The translations under genes and the position numbers were made by a program. Positions 53,533 to 60,703 of a DNA stretch of 64,000 nt are shown in pieces (position 1 is the first letter of the stretch; each line of letters begins with the position of its first letter). The stretch spans positions 1,178,001 to 1,242,000 of the forward strand of contig OX597814.1 of the NCBI GenBank assembly GCA_951406725.2. Direction: 5' to 3'. Under the pieces are notes generated by a model. It was not told the DNA's origin, searched no databases, and worked only from the letters and a program-made list of their open reading frames with translations. The stretch comes from Octopus vulgaris. Lineage: Eukaryota.

Positions 53533-56500
53533 ATAAATAAAAATTTCACACAATTTCTGTCTACCAAATCCACTCACAAGGTTTTAGTCTGTAGTAGAAA
53601 ACACTTGCCCAGGGTGCCATGCAGTGGAACTGAACCCAGAACCATGTGATTGGGAAAATAACACAGTAACATGCCTCAAATTATATTGAGCATAAACATG
53701 TCTGAATTTGGAAGTAGGATATATTAGACGACAAGTGTGTTACATGGTTATTGTAATACCCATGTGGTGGTTGTTACACTTTGATTCACCATCTTTGAAG
53801 ATTTCAAACTTTGTCACTAAGCTTTCCAATGGTGGAAACCACCAATTAAACAGTTATCAGTAATTATTTCAACTTGCTCACTCTCGGAGTGGTTGGCATT
53901 AGGAAGGGCGTCCAGATGTAGAAACCTTGCCAGATCAGATTGGAGCCTGGTGCAACCCCCTGGTTTGCCAGCCCTCAGTCAAACCGTCCAACCCATGCCA
54001 TGACGATGATGAATCCAGACCATAGGTTCTCAAATTGGGTGCTACTGCTCCTCGGGGGGTTCTGAAAGAAGCCTGTTGTATATGTATATATGTGTGTGTA
54101 TATGGTTGTGTCTGTGTTTGTGCCCCCAACATCACTTGACAACCAATGTGGTGTGTTTACATCCCCATAACTTAGAGGTTCGGCAAAAGAGACCAATAGA
54201 ATAAGTACTAGGCTTACAAGGAATAAGTTCTGGGGTAGATTTGCTTGACTAAAGACGGTGCTCCAGCATTGCCAAAGTCAAATGACTGAAACAAATTTAT
54301 GTTCCAAACGTCAGTTTAATTAGTTTGATAAAAACAGTTTTTCTTCTTATTTTTTTTTTATGAAACTCTTTATTATTTTCAAAATGAAACAAAAGGGTTC
54401 ATCCCACACCAAAACATTGTCTGCGTAGTCTTTTACTTTGTCAGATCTCACCATTAACGATGTCTTCTCTGATATTCTATTCAGAAATCAAACCAACAAC
54501 CAACTACATTCTTCTCTCTCTCTCGTTACAGGTGTTATTGGTATAAATACCACTGATGTGATATGGGCTGCTATACTTAGTTGGAAACATCCGGATGGTA
54601 TTCTTCGTATTACAAACAATCCCGACAGAAGTCCTGTCAACTTCCTTCAAGTCAGTCCTTATGATCAGGTCAGCTCAACACTCTCTCCCTAATTAACAAT
54701 CTATCATCTTCATCATTGCATTCTTTTCTGTTGATTGTATTAATGGTGCCCCCGTATCGTTTTCTTTGTCTACCACTGGCCCCCTTCTATCAATGGTGCT
54801 ACTACAATTGCTAATGGTTTCTACCACTGACCCCTTCCATTTATAGTATCTATCGCTCACCCTCTTTTTATTGTCTACAGCTTTCCCTCTCCCTCCCTGG
54901 TGTTCCCTTCCGTTAACGGCCTCTACCACTGTCTCCTCTTTTTCAGACCACCTGTATAGCATCTGTTCCCGACTGTCGCTTATTGTTTATTGGAGGTAGA
55001 GCTGGTGTGATAACAGTGTACACTACCCTACACAATACAGCAAAGGTAAGTAACACCACCAGGGTGTGTATGTGTGTGTGTGTGTGCCGATGTCACGTAA
55101 AAAGCACCATCCGACATGGTTGATGCCAGGTTCACCTGACTGGCTGCAGTGCCAGTGGCATGTAAAGAGCACCCACTACACTCTCGGAGTGGTTGGCATT
55201 AGGAAGGGCATCCATCTGTAGAAACCTTGCCAGATCAGACTGGAGCCTGGTGCAGCCTCCTGGCTTCCCAGACCTCAGTCAAACCGTCCAACCCATGCCA
55301 GCATGGAAAACGGACATTAAATGATGATGACATAATTATACTGTGCTTTAGAAGACCTGTTGAGTCAGTTACAATCATTGTCATGGTCAGTGCCGGTACC
55401 GCCTGGTTGGCACATAAGAAGCACCGTTCGAGTGTGATCAATGCCAATCCCACCAGATTGGCTCCCGTGCAGGTGGCAGCCATAAAAAGCACCATACAAG
55501 CATGGTCATTGCCAGTGTCGCCTGACTAGCCCCCAGGCCAATGACACGTAAAAAGCATCCACTACACACTCAGAGTGGTTGGCATTAGGAAGGGCATCTA
55601 GCTGTAGAAATTTTGCCAGATCAGATTGAAGCCTGGTGCAGCCTCCTGGCTTCCCAGTCCTCAGTCAAACCGTTCAACCCATGCCAGCATGGAAAACGGA
55701 CGTTGAATGATGATGATGATCCTACAATTGCAAGTCCACTGCCCTAACCACTGGGCCATTACTTCTCCACATTATATACATATGATGTAAGAGAATGGAG
55801 TATCTTGTATTACCATACAGTAAAGATATAACGACAGGGTGTGTGTGTATGTATATAAGGTGTGAGAGAAGGTAACACCTTGTCTAACAATGGTAAGGTG
55901 GTGATGATGAACGACTGATGACAGTGGTTGTGGTCATGTTAGGTGACCTGTCCAGTTTATATATTTGTGTACCTTTTCTCTTATTATTGCTGTTTGTTTT
56001 CCTTTTTGGTCAGAAATCTCACCTGCAAGTATTAGGCCACAAGAAACAACTCTATGGTCACACCTGTCCCATAACGACAATCACTGTGTGTAAATCTTAC
56101 AGTATTTTTGTCAGTGCTAGTGAAGATGGGCTGTGCATCATCTGGGACTTGAATCGGTAAGTTGCTTCATTTCATTATTTACGTATGGGCATATGGCGTA
56201 GTGGTTAAAAGAGCGCAGGCTACTAAACCCAAGATTCCGAGTTCGATTCCAGGCAGTGACCTGAATAAATCGTTTAACGTCCGTTTTCCATGCTAGCATG
56301 GGTTAATTGGACATAGTGTTAATTGACAAAGAAAAGAAACTATGCTGGATCATAGATATAGCATGCTCAGCTGACAACAAGGTATGCAATAAAGAAGAAA
56401 GAAAAGTCGAGAAATATGACAGGTTAGCTTGGGAAGTTAAGCAGTTGTGGTCGATGAAAAAGGTGGCAGTAGTACCAATAATTGTCAGAGCCCTGGGAAC

Positions 56501-59500
56501 AGTGAGCAAAAATCTCGAGAAATACGTGGAAGAAATAGGGGCTGCAATAAGGGTGGAGCACTTGCAGAAAACAGCACTGCTTGGAATCACTCAAATACTC
56601 CGGAAGGTGCTCGAAAAATAAGATGTGTTACCTTAGTTCACTGGTAGTGAACAGCTGACATAGTAGTACATCTCCAGCATTAGAAGCTGTGCCAAGGCAA
56701 TTACAATAATAATAACAACATCGAAAAATACCTTAGGATTGAGAACCCCTGGTTTGAAATTTCTCCAAGACACCTGATGATGGCTGGAGGGTATATCAGC
56801 CGAAACATTGTGTTAACAACAAACAAGATGAGGACAAATATCTGTCAAATGTAAATAATTCCTCATCTTTTAAATATAGAACTGTATTCTTGATTTCATA
56901 TCATCTGCAATTAAAAACAATTCATTTTAACAATTCTTACCATCATCCTCATCGTAATGCTAACGAGCTTATTGTATACAGTGCTCAGGTGCACCACATC
57001 TCATCAGAAATTGCATATGTATGTATATAAGGTGTAAGAGAAGAGAGAAGATAACATCTTGTATAAGAATGGTAAGGTGGTGATGATGAATGACATTGAT
57101 GACACTGGTTGTGGTGATGTCAGGTGACCTATCCAGTGCAGTGTAAACGATGATGATGATCACCATCATCATCATCATCATCATGTGATGGTGGTAAATG
57201 GTTGTCACATCCATACAAGCAGCATCCTTTGTTTTTGAATGTTCCATGAAACAGCTCTGTCCACAGGGAAACGTTCTCTTATTTGGAAAGAGGTGAAGGT
57301 CGGCGACATGAGAGGCACCTGGATGTAGGAAAACCTTCCTCAGCAATTTCCACGTGATCCATACAAACAGGGAAAGGTGGATGTTAAGTGATGATGTGAA
57401 AGAATCTTGAAGAATTGTAACGGGAAAACAAGTTGGTTTAAATGGCCATCATAGTTGTGTGTGTTTTTAAAATTTTTCAGTATGTGTATTTCTGTTTATT
57501 TCCACAGGCTGTCCTATGTGCGCTCCATAGAAGGCCATACGTGCAGTGTGAACACCATTGCTATCAGTGAAACACTGGGTGATATTGTCACAATAAGTTC
57601 TGCTGGTAAATATTACATTATTTGGCATTCAATATTGCACGACCGTAAAATACACACACACACAGAGCAGATATGAATCTCAAACACACTCACAACACAG
57701 TGATCCTTCAGCAAACACTTTGTTCTGTCTGTTGAGTTGCACTCCAGATGAACTCACAGTCCACTGCCACTCACACACACTCCCACCCTCAGTCACTTCA
57801 CCCCCAACCCGTCTACCCCCAACACTTGTTGCCTCTCCACTAAACTCTCGCTCATTTCTACCATTTTTTCCACGCTTCAGGTGTCGGCAGTATCATGATG
57901 TTGCACACGGTCAATGCACAACTAGTTGCTGTACACAACTGCGAAGATAGAATACTGTGTGCCGCTTACTCCAGTGCTGCTGAAGGACGTTCTGTGAATG
58001 TTATTGCTGGGGGACTAAGTGCTGGTATCGTTCGGTAAGTGAAACTGGTATTGTTCCCATTGTGCTCACTTCGTGCCCTCCTCTGCCTTGCATCCCACTG
58101 TCTCTTGTCTTGTCTTGAGACAGCATTCACCCGGGGTGGGTTGAGCTGGCTTCATTCATCCTCAATGCTGCATCTCTCACAAACGCCGACCAGGCCGGGC
58201 GATTTGAGGCTAACGACCGCGTGATCTCCAACCACTCCTTATTCCAGTGGCTAACGCCGTAGATATGGGAGCCTAGGTTGGGTTCCAGATCAGCCTTGAC
58301 CGTCATCAGCCAGGTTTTTTGTTGTCCACCACATCGCTTTCGCCAACCCTGAAGGGGAGCTGGGGCAATTGCTTGGTAGATGAATTCTCTTGGTTGACGA
58401 CAGAGGGCATAACACGAAGGATGCGGCATAGACAGAGGTGATTGAAGGATTCTAGTCGCTTAATATCTTCCACCCTCATCAGCCATGACTTGCTGCCGTA
58501 AAGAAGAATCGTTCGCACTAGTACTTGGTAGATCCGTACTTTGGTGGTGCATTGGATCTCAGATCTTGACCTGTGTCGTGCATTGAGTCAGTTGAAGGCT
58601 TGGCGAGCGAGGTCGATCCCTGTTTTTTGTCCCCTTTGTATAACAACTCTCTCATTTTACTCCCTCTCCTCCACCTCTTATCTCTTTCTCTAATGTAACG
58701 CATGACTGGCATAATCACTCAACCAACCCAACTTTACATCCATTGTCATTAATATATATTTTCATCATCCCTTAACATTCTTTTTCCCAAGTTCAAATGC
58801 AGTACAGTAATCCTTCAACTATTGCGGGTGTTACGTTCCAAAACCCTCCGTGGTAGGTGAAAATCCGCGAAGTAGAAACAGTACTCATCATTTAACGTCC
58901 GCTTTCCCTGGTGGCATGGGTTGGACGGTTCAACTGGGGTCTGGGAAGCCAGAAGGCTGCACCAGGCCCAGTCTGATCTGGCAGTGTTTCTACAGCTGGA
59001 TGCCCTTCCTAACGCCAACCACTCCGTGAGTGTAGTGGGTGCTTCTTACGTGCCACCAGCACAGGTGCCAGACGAGGCTGGCAAACGGCCATGATCGGAT
59101 GGTGCTTTTTACGTGCCACCAGCACGGAGGCCAGTCGGGGCGACGCTGACAACGGCCACGTTCGGATGGTTCTCTTATGTGCCACCGGCACTGGTATCAT
59201 AGCTACAATTTCCATTGAAGTTGATCGATTTCGATTTTCACTTGCCTCAACAGGTCTTCACAAGTAGAGTTTTGTGTCCCAAGAAGGAAAGGGATGCATA
59301 AGTGGACTGGCTACATCCCATGTAGAGGCCATGGGTTATGGTCTCACTTTATACATATATATATATATATTTTATTATAAATGCAAAACAACACCACGGA
59401 GGAATCAATGTAGACTTAAATAATAAACTGCAATTGGTGAACTGCAATACGGCAAAGAAATACTGCAGACAGATTTTCTTTGGTTCGATGCCTTCTTTGA

Positions 59501-60669
59501 TATATTTTATTTATTTATAAACTTGGACCTGTATGAGTGTTTTCACAAATTAATCAATCAGTGGTGAATGCAGTTTCTTGCAAAGCTCCCTAAGCTACTG
59601 CATGGGAGACAACAATTAAGATTTCTCTCATGAGTTATCTCCCATGATTCGTATGTGTGTGTGTGTGTGTATATATATATTTATTTATCTGGAAATCTTG
59701 TACTCTTGTGTAACTTTGTGTATTCTTGTTCAAAATGGAAATGAGAGCCAACATTCCTGCGACAGGTTCGATAATTGTTACAAAATTTGCTTTTGCATGA
59801 AACCATTGGTAGCTTTGTTAACCTAGAAATAAAAAAAAAATGTTTATCCACCACTGCGGTGTTGAGCATTCACTCTCACTGTTTGATATTTAGTAAGAAT
59901 GTGTTATCCCATCATTGTTTCACTTTATTGTATTTCCTTGTAGACTGTGGAACAGTTGGACCCTGGAACCTGTTAGAGATCTTGTTGATGAAGCACTGAA
60001 GGGCAAGCAGATTTTGAGGTGAGTTGAGGGTCTTTATTAAACTGTATTAATTAGAATTCATTGCATAACACTGGACTCTCTTTAGAATCAGTTTAGTGGG
60101 TGTTTTCACGTGCCACCAGCACAAGGGCCAGTCAGGTCGTGCTGGCAACAACCACACTCAAATGGTGTTTTTTTACATGCTACCTGCATGGGAGCCAGTC
60201 CGGCGGCACTGGTGACGACCACACTCAAATGGTGTTTTCCATGTGCCGGTAAGGCGATGCTGGTAATGATTGCGCTCCAATGGTGCTTACCTTTCAATCT
60301 CAGTATTAAAGCTACGTATAGTACTGCCGTAGTACACATGCTGCGTACATTCCTACAACAACGTTTTCTTTACATGTTATAAAGGCAGAAGTAAATCTGC
60401 CTCCAGCTCAGTTGCACGCCAGTGTTTCACGTGTTTTACTACATAAACGTCACCAACTGCCTGTCCTGAGTAATTACTGACAGCCTCGTAGCAAAATCCG
60501 TTCCTGGACTTAAATTACATTCATACATCCATTACAAAAAGATGCAGCTTTTCTTTCTCTTTCTCCTTTTCTTCAAACACTCATATTTTGAAAAGCCTGG
60601 TACTTATTCTATTGGTCTCTTTTTGCCGAACCGCTAAGTTACAGCGATGGTGGGGGAACAAAGACACAA

Positions 60670-60703
<34 letters not shown>

